Below are positions 33,809-43,206 of a stretch of 52,991 bases of DNA, piece by piece. The stretch is from a virus. The stretch spans positions 1-52,991 of the IMG/VR virus record IMGVR_UViG_3300011896_000001, one strand, 5' to 3'. Made by a program: the position numbers and the translations under genes. Each line of letters opens with the position of its first letter. Within the stretch, counting starts at the first letter, position 1. Below the pieces are notes generated by a model. It worked only from the letters and a program-made list of their open reading frames with translations. It searched no databases and had not been told where the DNA came from.

Positions 33809-34726
33809 TTATAGCTTAGAACCTGTCATCCATGCAACTGCATCAACTTCACGGATTACGCAGTCTAAGTAAGCAAATAAGATGTGGTAAGTTGCATCTT
33901 TAGCAGCTGCAGTAGCACCTTGAGCAGTACGATTATAACGTAAGTCACGAGTAAATACAGGTTTTAAGTTCTCGCGTGGCGTTAACATAGCGAATCCTGA
34001 TTGCATTTCTTGTACAATCTCAACATCGTAACCTGCTAATTTAGAAACTTTACCATCGATTAATACCGCGTCACCTAAGTTAGTTTGACGAGTAGTTAAT
34101 AGGGACATTAACTTGTCATGCGTTTTTTGTGTAATGAACCAAGCAATGTCATTACGAGTTTTAAATTTATCAGGTAATACTGCTACATGGTCCACAAACG
34201 CTTGAATAGTTACGTCATTTGCAGCTAAATCAGTTTTATTTGTAGAGACTTTAGCCTTTTTAACAAATCCATCGATAATTTTAACGAATGGATCAGCAGA
34301 AGTAGTATCACCATTAAAGATTAAATCCTGTAAGTCGGTACCGAATTGCTCTTGAATCATGCCGATAATTACGTCTTCAACATTTTGACCACGGGAAGCT
34401 AATGCATACCACACATCATCATTTTGAATCCATTCATCCCACTTAACCTTCTTAACAGCATAAGGGATTTGACCCGGAGCAATTGAGCCTACACCAGTTG
34501 GAGTATCAGTTTTAGACGCTTCACGCAATTTACGTTTACCAACACTTAATGTATCGATATTACCAGCAGGAGCTTTCTTGTAGTACGGTTTTAATTTAGG
34601 TAATACTGTAGCTTTATTAATCGTATCGCGTAAAAACGCTTCTGCTTCCGCCTGTGGTAATGGTACGTTTACATCTTTTAAAACGATTTCTGTAGAACCA
34701 CCTGCAATAATTTGTCCGTTATTCAT
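33809..34726 (-). CDS. Major capsid protein, 305 aa.
   Basis: Called from position after the protease/scaffold gene, size and strong RBS. Confidence 0.75.
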   Translation of the reverse strand: MNNGQIIAGGSTEIVLKDVNVPLPQAEAEAFLRDTINKATVLPKLKPYYKKAPAGNIDTLSVGKRKLREASKTDTPTGVGSIAPGQIPYAVKKVKWDEWIQNDDVWYALASRGQNVEDVIIGMIQEQFGTDLQDLIFNGDTTSADPFVKIIDGFVKKAKVSTNKTDLAANDVTIQAFVDHVAVLPDKFKTRNDIAWFITQKTHDKLMSLLTTRQTNLGDAVLIDGKVSKLAGYDVEIVQEMQSGFAMLTPRENLKPVFTRDLRYNRTAQGATAAAKDATYHILFAYLDCVIREVDAVAWMTGSKL

Positions 34727-34741
34727 ATATATGTTTCCTCC

Positions 34742-36007
34742 TTAGTTACCAAAGTGTCTAGCGTAACCGCCAGTAGATTTTTGTACGTTTGTATGACCAT
34801 CTGTATCTTGTTGGTTGCTGATGCCTTGAGACTTTTTAAGATCTTCTAACTCCTTTATGATTGGAGCAGTAGCAGCTTCAACAGCTTTCTCAACCGCAAG
34901 TTCCTCAGGTGTCTTTTCTGGTTCGATATTTAAATGTTTCTTAACTGTTTCTAGCTCCTTTTTAAGCGGTGCTACAACATCTTCTAGCGCTTTTGTTAAT
35001 TGTTCTTGATTCATATTATCTTCCTCACTTCCTGCGCCTTCCGTTGAAGGTGTGACGCGTGTTTTTAGATTTGTTAATGATTCAATAGCTGCATCAATAT
35101 CAGCCATATTTGTATTGCTAATTTTCTTACCTGCCTTTTCTACTTCTTCAACAAGAGATACAGTAGGTTTGTTTTCCCATGCCTTCACAACAGTTTCTGT
35201 CCCTTTTAATTCATTGATAATCTCAACAAATTCTAGTGCAGCTGCTTCGATACGATCTAAGTCGATAGCATCAGCAGTAGGGGCATTCCAAAGAGACTGA
35301 TAAAAAGTATCTTCTAGAGCAGAGAAAGAAGCGTTCACATCGCGACGATGTTTGTTCTGATTGAACTTATCTCTAACTTCGCCTTTAGTAATTCCGTTAG
35401 TGATACCATCGGTTGTGAACTCACCAATCTCTTTTGCAACATGCAATGGGTTGATTTTTCCACCAAAAAAGCCCTTCACCAATTGGAAGAAGGACTTCAT
35501 TTGTTTCTCTTCAGTTTTCGTTACTTCTTCCTCAATCACTTCTGTTTCAGCGATTCCTGCAAGAGAATAGCCTTGGAATTCACCTTTCTTAACAGCTTCC
35601 CATGTTTCCTCATCTGCTTTTGTAGTAAGGATCCATGTACCTTTCTTTACAGGTTCACCATTAAGCTCCATATCAGCAGGGGCAATATATGATTCAACAA
35701 CTTCTCCAACTCCTGCTACAAAGTCGTGATTCTTATCGATTTGGCGGTACTTGAGCATAAACTCATGCGCAGCCTTTTCAATTGTCTTAGCATCCGCGAA
35801 ATCCCCGTGAGCGTCGATTGTATCAGGCTCATATACAATTCCATAGACAAGACGTTCTGCTTCATCATCAGACTTAATAACCTTCACAGGCTTCTCGAAG
35901 TTTGGTTGTTCTTCTGATTTCGTCAAAAAGAACTTGCGTTGGTTTGCTCCATTCTCTACAAAAGAGACATGTGAAACCTGCAAGTTCTTCAGCTTACGTT
36001 TTTTCAT
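34742..36007 (-). CDS. XkdF-like prohead serine protease fused to an acidic scaffold-like C-terminus, 421 aa.
   Basis: VSHVSFVENGANQRKFFLTK and VYGIVYEPDTIDAHGDFADAKTIEKAAHEFM match the XkdF (S78_2) pattern. The C-terminal half is helical and rich in E and K. Confidence 0.8.
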   Translation of the reverse strand: MKKRKLKNLQVSHVSFVENGANQRKFFLTKSEEQPNFEKPVKVIKSDDEAERLVYGIVYEPDTIDAHGDFADAKTIEKAAHEFMLKYRQIDKNHDFVAGVGEVVESYIAPADMELNGEPVKKGTWILTTKADEETWEAVKKGEFQGYSLAGIAETEVIEEEVTKTEEKQMKSFFQLVKGFFGGKINPLHVAKEIGEFTTDGITNGITKGEVRDKFNQNKHRRDVNASFSALEDTFYQSLWNAPTADAIDLDRIEAAALEFVEIINELKGTETVVKAWENKPTVSLVEEVEKAGKKISNTNMADIDAAIESLTNLKTRVTPSTEGAGSEEDNMNQEQLTKALEDVVAPLKKELETVKKHLNIEPEKTPEELAVEKAVEAATAPIIKELEDLKKSQGISNQQDTDGHTNVQKSTGGYARHFGN

Positions 36008-36021
36008 TTATTCACCTCCTT

Positions 36022-36558
36022 TCAAGGTTTAGGCTTTACAGTGAATCCACTCATTGTATAATTAGTGAACTCTTCCGTTGACGCTTTTATATTTATTTCG
36101 GTGATCCCATGTATTTCTTCACCATTTATAAAGACTTCACCACATGGCTTATCGTCACGCGCTACAAATATCAAAGCAGGTGGTTCATCGAATTCGAGAG
36201 CGAACTTTTTTTCTGGTTTAGATGTTTTCAAAGGACGACCAAACCTATCTGCTCCTACATATACTTCCGAAGCGTCAGAGTCATCATTATCTGAGTACTT
36301 GTAAAAATCAGGGTTCATCTCATTCTTTCGATTCGGTTTAAAACGAACCAGTAATGTATACTCTTCAGCATATTCTGCCGCATCAATAGAATCAGTAGTT
36401 AGTAAACTGCAATGAGTTATTGTATCTTTCGCTTTAATAAGTTCTGTTATGTGATTTACGGAAAAATGATTTAACTCCATTGGTTTCAATCCGAAATATT
36501 TATTAAGAGACGCATATAAATCATTCACAACTTTGTTGTATTCTTCTATATGTTTCAT
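36022..36558 (-). CDS. Hypothetical protein, 178 aa.
   Basis: Track ORF between the MuF-like and protease genes. Confidence 0.6.
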   Translation of the reverse strand: MKHIEEYNKVVNDLYASLNKYFGLKPMELNHFSVNHITELIKAKDTITHCSLLTTDSIDAAEYAEEYTLLVRFKPNRKNEMNPDFYKYSDNDDSDASEVYVGADRFGRPLKTSKPEKKFALEFDEPPALIFVARDDKPCGEVFINGEEIHGITEINIKASTEEFTNYTMSGFTVKPKP

Positions 36559-37505
36559 TTCTTACTCAACTCCTTCAAAGTTTCTTCCCTAATCTTCTGC
36601 TTCTCTTCTTCAGATAGACCTAAAATATTATTATCTACCGCAGGACTAAGAACGCAATGACAATTTATTCTCTCTTTACCACTTAACGAACTATCCCGTG
36701 GAAACATGCAACGTTCACCAGATCCAGGTAGTTCAAACTCTTCTTCTACTAGAACCGTTGTACCGTCATACGCCACATGATTATCACGAGGTTGGTTATT
36801 CTTCGCACCGCTATGACGCCACTTCTTCCCAGTGACAGCAGGAGATTGGCGATATGATTCGAATTGAGAAGCAGAGCATGCTGCAAGGACCTCTGTCTGC
36901 GCTGTCCTCTTCGCTCTTTTACGGTCGAATTCCGGAAGCTTCGCAAGTTCTCTCGCAATTTCTTTAATGCCTTTACCCTTTTCCAATCCCTCGTTTAAGA
37001 TACGTTCTACTGCTTTATGAGAGTTAATCTGCATGATTTTTCCTAATTCATCCGACCAACTATCAATCCACTTTGTAGTGCGTTTTGAGAAGATATTAAA
37101 CTGGATATCCGGGTCAATTGCATCCATGAAAGCTTTTGCCATGTCCTTCATCGTGTAATTAAGGAATTTCCTAGCTGCTTTGCTCAAGCTTTTAGCGAAT
37201 GTATCCGCTCCAAATAGGCTACCAGTGACAAAGTCGATAATGTCCTTTATCTTGATACCCTTCTCTACAGCATCCTTCTTCGTATAGTTCTTAATCCCAT
37301 CGACGAAGTATTTCTTCTGCTTCCGAAGCAGTTTAGCGATTTCTTTTTCGAACTCCTCAACGTATCCTGGTAACATGTCCAGTACTTCTAAATCATCAGG
37401 TAATGAAGCAGTAAAGTCGTCAGCGTCGGCCTTTTCAATCCACTCATTCAATGAATCCAGTATCTTATCAATCTTCTGCATTTTGCATCGACTCCAATAA
37501 GTCAC
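36555..37505 (-). CDS. Minor capsid / head morphogenesis protein (Mu F / SPP1 gp7 family), about 308-316 aa.
   Basis: KWRHSGAKNNQPRDNHVAYDGT...ERINCHCV matches the Phage_Mu_F C-terminal pattern. The start is ambiguous: GTG at 37505 or ATG at 37481. Confidence 0.8.
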   Translation of the reverse strand: MTYWSRCKMQKIDKILDSLNEWIEKADADDFTASLPDDLEVLDMLPGYVEEFEKEIAKLLRKQKKYFVDGIKNYTKKDAVEKGIKIKDIIDFVTGSLFGADTFAKSLSKAARKFLNYTMKDMAKAFMDAIDPDIQFNIFSKRTTKWIDSWSDELGKIMQINSHKAVERILNEGLEKGKGIKEIARELAKLPEFDRKRAKRTAQTEVLAACSASQFESYRQSPAVTGKKWRHSGAKNNQPRDNHVAYDGTTVLVEEEFELPGSGERCMFPRDSSLSGKERINCHCVLSPAVDNNILGLSEEEKQKIREETLKELSKK

Positions 37506-39006
37506 GTAAGTCTTTCATCACATTGACCAAATCCTCATTTGAATTGCTGTCAGCTGACTTTTGCAACGTTTCTCCTAATCCTTTTTGCCAACCGCCTACC
37601 TTACGATGTCTTTCGAGTACTAAAGCAACTGGCTCATTCATTTCTGGAATATCGTAATCGGAGAACTCTTTATTCAACATGTTACCAGCTATATTACGCA
37701 TATCTTGGAATGTTAATCCACCCTTATCTGCAAGCACCTCGATGGTTTTAACCATATCCTCAGTGTTACTAATCTCAGACTTACGTAGGTTCACATATAC
37801 GTGTTTTAACCCATACGGAAGCAGCAGAACATTATTGATAATGAACTCCAAGTTGTTACGTTCTGGTTCAAATACCTGTTCTTCTGTTATTTCACGCACA
37901 GATTCAGCAGTTGCTCTGTTAAAGTCCCGAATATAACCTACATACACATCCGGTAATCGGAATGCTGATTGTACTTTTTGACGTGACTTCTCATCATACT
38001 CAAGGAATAGAGCATCGTTTTGTAGGATATCAGCTAAAGATTTAAGTTCAATATCCACCGGCGTCGGCGTATCCCCTACAATACCTTCCTCAGCGCTTTC
38101 CACTTGTAACAAGAGATATTTATGTTGATTATCCTCACCTTCAACATTCGAAACGTAATCAGTTATGGCTGCTTCACTTTCTTCTGATAAAATCCCATTC
38201 TTCAATAAGATAGCCATTGGAATATGACGCCCTTGTTTGAAATAGCGAAGATTTAATTCTTCTGCCTTCCTAGCACCAACCATGTGAACAACATGCGATA
38301 CCCAACGAGGAATTCCATATGGCCCATTACCAATCTTCAAATGGATGACTTCAGTAGCGTTTTTTTCTCCTAACGAAATTTCGGAAAACTCACCAGTCTC
38401 TTTATTTAAGAAGCGTGGATCGCCAAACTCTTTGAAGTAAGTATCTACTGCTCTTACTCGTTGTACATAGCGGCGGAATACCTTCTTACGCTTAATTTCT
38501 TTTCCATTTATTAAGTACGTTACCTCTTGAGGTTTATTATCCTTACGCGTCACTCTCATGTACTGTGGTAACATATTTATTAATTCAGTAGGTTTTCCTT
38601 CTAAATTCCGAATAACCTCAATATATCCATTGCCAGTCGTCTCTTTATCGTCAATACCCGTTTCGAGAATCTCCTTAAATGGCTTTTCAAAGCTGAATTG
38701 CGGAATAATCTCTGTATCAACTAGTGTCCACTCCGCTTTCATTTCAGGAGTTTCCTTGTCATCCTCTTGTTTATATTTCATTTCATGACCAAATCCAGCT
38801 ATATTACGTTTGTAAGCATCAATGCATTGTCCAAGAATGGTGCTGTTCTCTCTAATCTGCTGTAGGTCTTCTATTCTATAAGGTGGTTCAATAATGTCAT
38901 TTACTGCATACTTCTCTTCTTCGCTCTCTTGCTGACGTGATAGCACCTGAGTGTTTGTTCCTGCCGCCTTAATTACTTTGGCACTAACCTTCCTTTTATT
39001 CGTCAT
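37468..39006 (-). CDS. Portal protein, 512 aa.
   Basis: Called from size and position directly after terL. Confidence 0.8.
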   Translation of the reverse strand: MTNKRKVSAKVIKAAGTNTQVLSRQQESEEEKYAVNDIIEPPYRIEDLQQIRENSTILGQCIDAYKRNIAGFGHEMKYKQEDDKETPEMKAEWTLVDTEIIPQFSFEKPFKEILETGIDDKETTGNGYIEVIRNLEGKPTELINMLPQYMRVTRKDNKPQEVTYLINGKEIKRKKVFRRYVQRVRAVDTYFKEFGDPRFLNKETGEFSEISLGEKNATEVIHLKIGNGPYGIPRWVSHVVHMVGARKAEELNLRYFKQGRHIPMAILLKNGILSEESEAAITDYVSNVEGEDNQHKYLLLQVESAEEGIVGDTPTPVDIELKSLADILQNDALFLEYDEKSRQKVQSAFRLPDVYVGYIRDFNRATAESVREITEEQVFEPERNNLEFIINNVLLLPYGLKHVYVNLRKSEISNTEDMVKTIEVLADKGGLTFQDMRNIAGNMLNKEFSDYDIPEMNEPVALVLERHRKVGGWQKGLGETLQKSADSNSNEDLVNVMKDLRDLLESMQNAED

Positions 39007-40322
39007 TAAGCTGCTTCACCTCTTTTCTTTTTCTTCTTTTTACGTAATCCGTAAATAACTGTATTAACAAAGTATCTCGTTTCGTCCATATGGTGATCAT
39101 TCTCTTTCAACGGCTTATCTTCACCACGTTCTACAGATTTCTCATCCCATATATAAGAAGCGAATTCTTTAAATGTTTCATTGCAGCAGTCATTAAAATA
39201 AATAATGCCCGTGTTAAGTGCAACCCCGACATTCCCAATGCCCTCTTTAACATTATTTCGGGCCTTATATACTTTCCGCTTGTTTCTAACTAATAAAGCT
39301 ATAAATGAAGCAGCAGACGGGTCAACTACTGTACCGCGAATTGGCAAATCTCCTACGAATTTTTCAAAGTCCTCGTAGTATTCCTGATCTGTTTTCTGCT
39401 TCTCTGTTTCTCTACCGCTATAACGGTACTCTTTCACCTTGTACCATACTTCTTTATCTTTTTTGATACATTTCCCCCATAATCCATATACCATAGCATT
39501 CTGTGTACCATAGTCACATGAGACAAAGTATTCAACGTATTCCCTTTCAATTGTAGGGACTTTATGCTTATCCTCATCAAACATATCGAATATAAGTCCG
39601 GAAGCAGCTGCCCAAAGGCCTAATATATATCGTTTGAAGAAGACTCCACTGTACATCTTGTAATAGCGCTGTTTTACTTTTTCGGACAAAGATAAGTTAT
39701 CATCCATCGTAAAGCGAATGTGTAGTAAGTTCTTTTCCTTCGCCTTATCTAGCCATTCTGTTTTAAACCAATGGTACGGCCCACCAGGGTTGCAGTTAAA
39801 CCAGACTTTTGAACCTTCTACAGAACAACGGCCAGTTGCTTGGTTAACAAATGAACGAACCATAAGCACAACTTCATCAAAGAAACATCCCGCTAAAGTA
39901 ATACCTTGTATAAGATCCTGCGACGCTTCATCTTTACCCCCAAAGATATAAAAGAAGTTTGTCACGCCATCTTTAGTAATAGTAAGCATATTCTCACTTC
40001 GATGGTCCTTAACCTTATACCCACGAGACTTAAGCATTTTTTTAAGTGGCGTTATAACGTTACGACGGTGCGAACCAATCGTTTTACCACACATACCAAA
40101 GTTCTCGCCTTCAAATGATTCCATTGCCCACATAACGTAGGATAGAGCCATTGATACAGTTTTACCTGCACGAATAGAACCATCGCAAATAATCCCGTCA
40201 TAATTTTTAACGGGACTGTTAGGCTTCCACCAGGTCAATACCTTCATCTGCTTCTTGGAGAATGGCTTAAATTTGAATGGAGCAGGTTTCTTTTTACGCT
40301 TCGGAATCGTCGTCATGGTCAT
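39006..40322 (-). CDS. terL: Terminase large subunit (PBSX-type), 438 aa.
   Basis: FKFKPFSKKQMKVLTWW..., Walker A DGSIRAGKT, and a C-terminal nuclease region with DHHMDETRY. Confidence 0.9.
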   Translation of the reverse strand: MTMTTIPKRKKKPAPFKFKPFSKKQMKVLTWWKPNSPVKNYDGIICDGSIRAGKTVSMALSYVMWAMESFEGENFGMCGKTIGSHRRNVITPLKKMLKSRGYKVKDHRSENMLTITKDGVTNFFYIFGGKDEASQDLIQGITLAGCFFDEVVLMVRSFVNQATGRCSVEGSKVWFNCNPGGPYHWFKTEWLDKAKEKNLLHIRFTMDDNLSLSEKVKQRYYKMYSGVFFKRYILGLWAAASGLIFDMFDEDKHKVPTIEREYVEYFVSCDYGTQNAMVYGLWGKCIKKDKEVWYKVKEYRYSGRETEKQKTDQEYYEDFEKFVGDLPIRGTVVDPSAASFIALLVRNKRKVYKARNNVKEGIGNVGVALNTGIIYFNDCCNETFKEFASYIWDEKSVERGEDKPLKENDHHMDETRYFVNTVIYGLRKKKKKKRGEAA

Positions 40323-41238
40323 CCCACACTTCCTCTACCTTACCTTCTAGCGCTTCTTTGAAACCATCGTCTTCGTACTCATCACCATCTTCACCTTTAA
40401 TACGAGCAGTGTCAGCTTTAATCTTATCAATTTGAGATTTTTGTACTTCCATCTGCATCTTATGGCGTTCCTCTTCAATTTGTCGCTTGAAGTTGTCAGG
40501 AACTAAGTCGAAGTACTGTGCCAATTTATCCAAGGCTTTCATCTTGTCAGCTAGCTTAATGGAAATACCATCACGCCCTTGTTTCACTTCAGTAATAATC
40601 GAACCATCTACCATATCGGAATCAGCTAGATCAATATAGTTCATCATTCGTGTTTCAGTAATAAACTCCGTCACTTCATTTCCATCTTCATCTACTGATG
40701 TTTTTTCTAATGGTTCTAATTCAACTTCTCTTTGGCCGAAGGTCACATAGTTTGTAATATCAGCAAAAGCAATCTTAATGTACTCTTTAAGCACATCCAT
40801 AGCTTCTACAAATACATTCTCGACTAACTCACCTTTAAGCTCTTTTATATAGGAAGAAACTCGTTCACGCCTTAACAATCGACTAGCCTGTACATGAGCG
40901 CTTTCCTTCGTATACCCACTTTTAAGAGCTGCCTGAGTTCCATTAAAATACTTTACATAATACAAGCAGAAAAGACGCTCCTTCTCACTGAGTTCTTCGT
41001 CTTCTAAGATTGCCTTCAATTTCTTCTTTGTTTTAGGGTTTTCCACTTTGGTAATTACCTTTTTACCAGTGGTAATATTACCGGTAATATTTTCGTCCCA
41101 TTTATCCTTGGATTTCCACTTTCTAACGAGAGAAATACTCTTCCCTAACTCATCAGCGATTTCTTCAATAGGCTTTTCACCCTTTGAATCTTTGTACATC
41201 TCAAACGCTTTATCTCTTTCTACGCTTCGTCTGCTCAC
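40294..41238 (-). CDS. terS: Terminase small subunit (Terminase_2 type with an extra N-terminal HTH), 314 aa.
   Basis: LSEKERLFCLYYVKYFNGTQAALKSGYTKESAHVQASRLLRRERVSSYI. GTG start. Confidence 0.9.
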   Translation of the reverse strand: MSRRSVERDKAFEMYKDSKGEKPIEEIADELGKSISLVRKWKSKDKWDENITGNITTGKKVITKVENPKTKKKLKAILEDEELSEKERLFCLYYVKYFNGTQAALKSGYTKESAHVQASRLLRRERVSSYIKELKGELVENVFVEAMDVLKEYIKIAFADITNYVTFGQREVELEPLEKTSVDEDGNEVTEFITETRMMNYIDLADSDMVDGSIITEVKQGRDGISIKLADKMKALDKLAQYFDLVPDNFKRQIEEERHKMQMEVQKSQIDKIKADTARIKGEDGDEYEDDGFKEALEGKVEEVWDDHDDDSEA

Positions 41239-41280
41239 GTCACATCACCCACCACCTATATGTTAATAAGAAGTAATCCG

Positions 41281-41445
41281 CTATTTCTTAGCGAACAATA
41301 TACATAGCAATACAAACAGGATAAAAGACATATATGATTGTATAGGGTCTTTTCCTCTTGTTATTTCTGCATATATCACCGCTAAATCCACTAAAGTACA
41401 AATAAGGAACGCTAATATAACGCCCCATCCTGATATGTTTCTCAT
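41281..41445 (-). CDS. Two-TM hydrophobic small protein, 54 aa (MRNISGWGVILAFLICTLVDLAVIYAEITRGKDPIQSYMSFILFVLLCILFAKK).
   Basis: My own translation. A GAGGTG RBS lies 8 nt upstream. It is the first ORF of the terminase operon. Confidence 0.45.
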   Translation of the reverse strand: MRNISGWGVILAFLICTLVDLAVIYAEITRGKDPIQSYMSFILFVLLCILFAKK

Positions 41446-41515
41446 CTATCACTCACCTCATGGTAATCCCTAATTTAGTCTTGAAAATCTCTAAAACTCG
41501 ATGTATTATATTTTT

Positions 41516-41590
41516 GTGTTTTCTCAGTTCCCGAGCCGAGAATACATCATCACTTCTGAAAGGACCCGAACTCCAGCGGGTTCTTTTTAT
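41516..41590 (+). ncRNA. Candidate antisense sRNA 1, about 75 nt, with its own promoter and terminator.
   Basis: The promoter is TTGAAA (41481-41486), exact 17-nt spacer, TATTAT (41504-41509). The terminator is ggacccg-N8-cgggttc (41562-41583) followed by T5. There is no ORF. Confidence 0.6.
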
Positions 41591-41629
41591 TTACTTGAAC
41601 TCATTTTTGAATTATTGTATTATATTTTC

Positions 41630-41688
41630 GGGTCTTGCTCCATAAATCATTATCAGGAGAATCTGCAGGTTTGCAGGTTCTTTTTTTG
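41630..41688 (+). ncRNA. Candidate antisense sRNA 2, about 58 nt, with its own promoter and terminator.
   Basis: The promoter is TTGAAC (41595-41600), exact 17-nt spacer, TATTAT (41618-41623). The 13-mer tgtattatatttt is shared with unit 1. The terminator is a 9-bp stem at 41659-41680 (GGTT loop) followed by T7. Confidence 0.6.
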
Positions 41689-41689
41689 T

Positions 41690-41716
41690 AAAATAAAAAA
41701 GCAGCTTATTAGCTAC
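41690..41716 (-). terminator. Minus-strand terminator after the 82-aa gene: GTAGCT-aata-AGCTGC followed by TTTTTTATTTT.
   Basis: Read on the minus strand; it overlaps the stop codon of 41713..41961. Confidence 0.55.
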
Positions 41717-41961
41717 TGTAGTTGTTCAACTATCTCATTAAATAACTGTTTCCCTTTTTCCGGATATCTTTCTAATCCACCATCAGCAAAATATTCACCT
41801 TCACTATTTATCATCTCAATCAGCACTTCACCCTTCTCCCAAACCTGCAAAGAGAATGCTACACATGATTCGAATTCTTTTAATGCTTCTTCTCTGTCTG
41901 CTGTCGCTAACATAATATCCGTATCAGTGTTATCCCACATCACAACTGTATAGATCAGCAT
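41713..41961 (-). CDS. Hypothetical protein, 82 aa.
   Basis: Track ORF. Confidence 0.6.
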   Translation of the reverse strand: MLIYTVVMWDNTDTDIMLATADREEALKEFESCVAFSLQVWEKGEVLIEMINSEGEYFADGGLERYPEKGKQLFNEIVEQLQ

Positions 41962-42259
41962 GAAATCACCTCAAATGAATTTTATGATTAATTTATATAA
42001 TGCACTGTAAATTAACATCTATATCATAATAAATTAGTCAAAATGTATACATAGGTTAATAGAGAATAATATAGTCTTCTTACAGAAAGGCATATACTTA
42101 TATCTACTTATAATTTATGTATCCAACACATACATATAGGTATACATAACTATTAACTAAAAAAAATCATCGTTAACTATCTCTATTTTTATCCGTGTGT
42201 GGAGAACTCCCTTTTGATTTGTATATAGACGTGTAAGCAAATTAGAAGGAGGTTCTACT

Positions 42260-42358
42260 ATGAAAGCAGAACAACAACCGAGCAACAAATTATCACCTGA
42301 GCTTATTTTCGCTATTGCGGAATTAATCCGAGCTCTCCATGAAGCAGGAATCATTTGA
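42260..42358 (+). CDS. Plus-strand micro-gene, 32 aa (MKAEQQPSNKLSPELIFAIAELIRALHEAGII).
   Basis: My own translation. An AAGGAGG RBS lies 8 nt upstream. An 11-bp perfect terminator stem follows immediately. Confidence 0.5.
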   Translation: MKAEQQPSNKLSPELIFAIAELIRALHEAGII

Positions 42359-42375
42359 TTCCTGCTTTTCTATTT
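42342..42375 (+). terminator. Intrinsic terminator: aagcaggaatc-attt-gattcctgctt followed by a T-run.
   Basis: Perfect 11-bp stem overlapping the micro-gene stop. Confidence 0.8.
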
Positions 42376-42400
42376 TCGTTCGTTGTGTTCGTTTGTTTTG

Positions 42401-42742
42401 TTAAAGTACTTCTGTCAAAATGCGAAACGATTTATACATCTGGTCTTCAATAGTAATTTCAATAGGCTTGCCAACTAACTCAGATACAGTATTTTCTTTT
42501 GCCTCTTCAAGTATCTTATGTACATCTTTTATGACTTTTTGGAATGCTGCATTCTTCTGCTCTTCGGAATCCCAATTGCAATGGTCACTTACATTTATTA
42601 AATGTTTTCCACCACAGTTAACGCCACTATTACCATCAAAACGAAATTCTAATTGTAATCCCATTAAGAATGGTCTGTCTCTATGATTTCCAAACTCCGC
42701 TTTCACGATTTTACCTAAGTACTTTTGTTCCATTTCCCTCAC
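42401..42742 (-). CDS. Hypothetical protein, 113 aa.
   Basis: Track ORF. The GTG start overlaps the upstream stop. Confidence 0.65.
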   Translation of the reverse strand: MREMEQKYLGKIVKAEFGNHRDRPFLMGLQLEFRFDGNSGVNCGGKHLINVSDHCNWDSEEQKNAAFQKVIKDVHKILEEAKENTVSELVGKPIEITIEDQMYKSFRILTEVL

Positions 42743-42849
42743 CCTTTCTCCCTACATGCAACACGTTTGCGCTTATCTTTCCTTAACAACAAACAAGACG
42801 CCACCCAGATCACGGCAGCGCCTACGATAATTGCTATTGGTTTAATCAT
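42739..42849 (-). CDS. Small membrane peptide, 36 aa (MIKPIAIIVGAAVIWVASCLLLRKDKRKRVACREKG).
   Basis: My own translation. ATGA and GTGA overlaps link it to both neighbours. Confidence 0.4.
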   Translation of the reverse strand: MIKPIAIIVGAAVIWVASCLLLRKDKRKRVACREKG

Positions 42850-43025
42850 TCGCTGATTACAATTTTAAAAGTAACTTCTATTTCATTACCTAATGCCGGT
42901 TTGCTCACATCTAATAATTTAAAACCAGTATTCAATAATGAATTTTTACATTCCATAAACGTCGCTTGTTCTATGTTATCTGTTGGGTCATAAGTAACAG
43001 TTGTTATCGTTTTTACTTCCATCAT
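42846..43025 (-). CDS. Hypothetical protein, about 59 aa from MMEVKTITT.
   Basis: Track ORF 42846..43082. An AGGAAGGG RBS favours the internal ATGs at 43025 or 43022. Confidence 0.55.
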   Translation of the reverse strand: MMEVKTITTVTYDPTDNIEQATFMECKNSLLNTGFKLLDVSKPALGNEIEVTFKIVISE

Positions 43026-43171
43026 TCCCTTCCTAACCAAATGTCCATTTTGTTCAAATATAAGAATTACAGAACAACACAATTACTCATACATCGGCAT
43101 ATCTGCTACTGTGACTAAACTGGCACACGAATATATGAGGTTTACTATTATGTTGTTGTGTAATTTCTATA

Positions 43172-43206
43172 TAACAAACAAAAAAGCCATCACCGAAGTG
43201 ACAGCT
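43172..43206 (-). terminator. Strong minus-strand intrinsic terminator: AGCUGUCAC-UUCG-GUGAUGGCU followed by U6GUUUGUU.
   Basis: The 9-bp stem includes two G-U pairs that become C-A mismatches on the plus strand, so it is strand-specific. It has a UUCG tetraloop. Confidence 0.8.

Noticed and set aside
42157-42354. 65-aa minus-strand ORF.
   Set aside because: It has no RBS and is antisense to a far better-formed plus-strand micro-gene with a consensus RBS and terminator.
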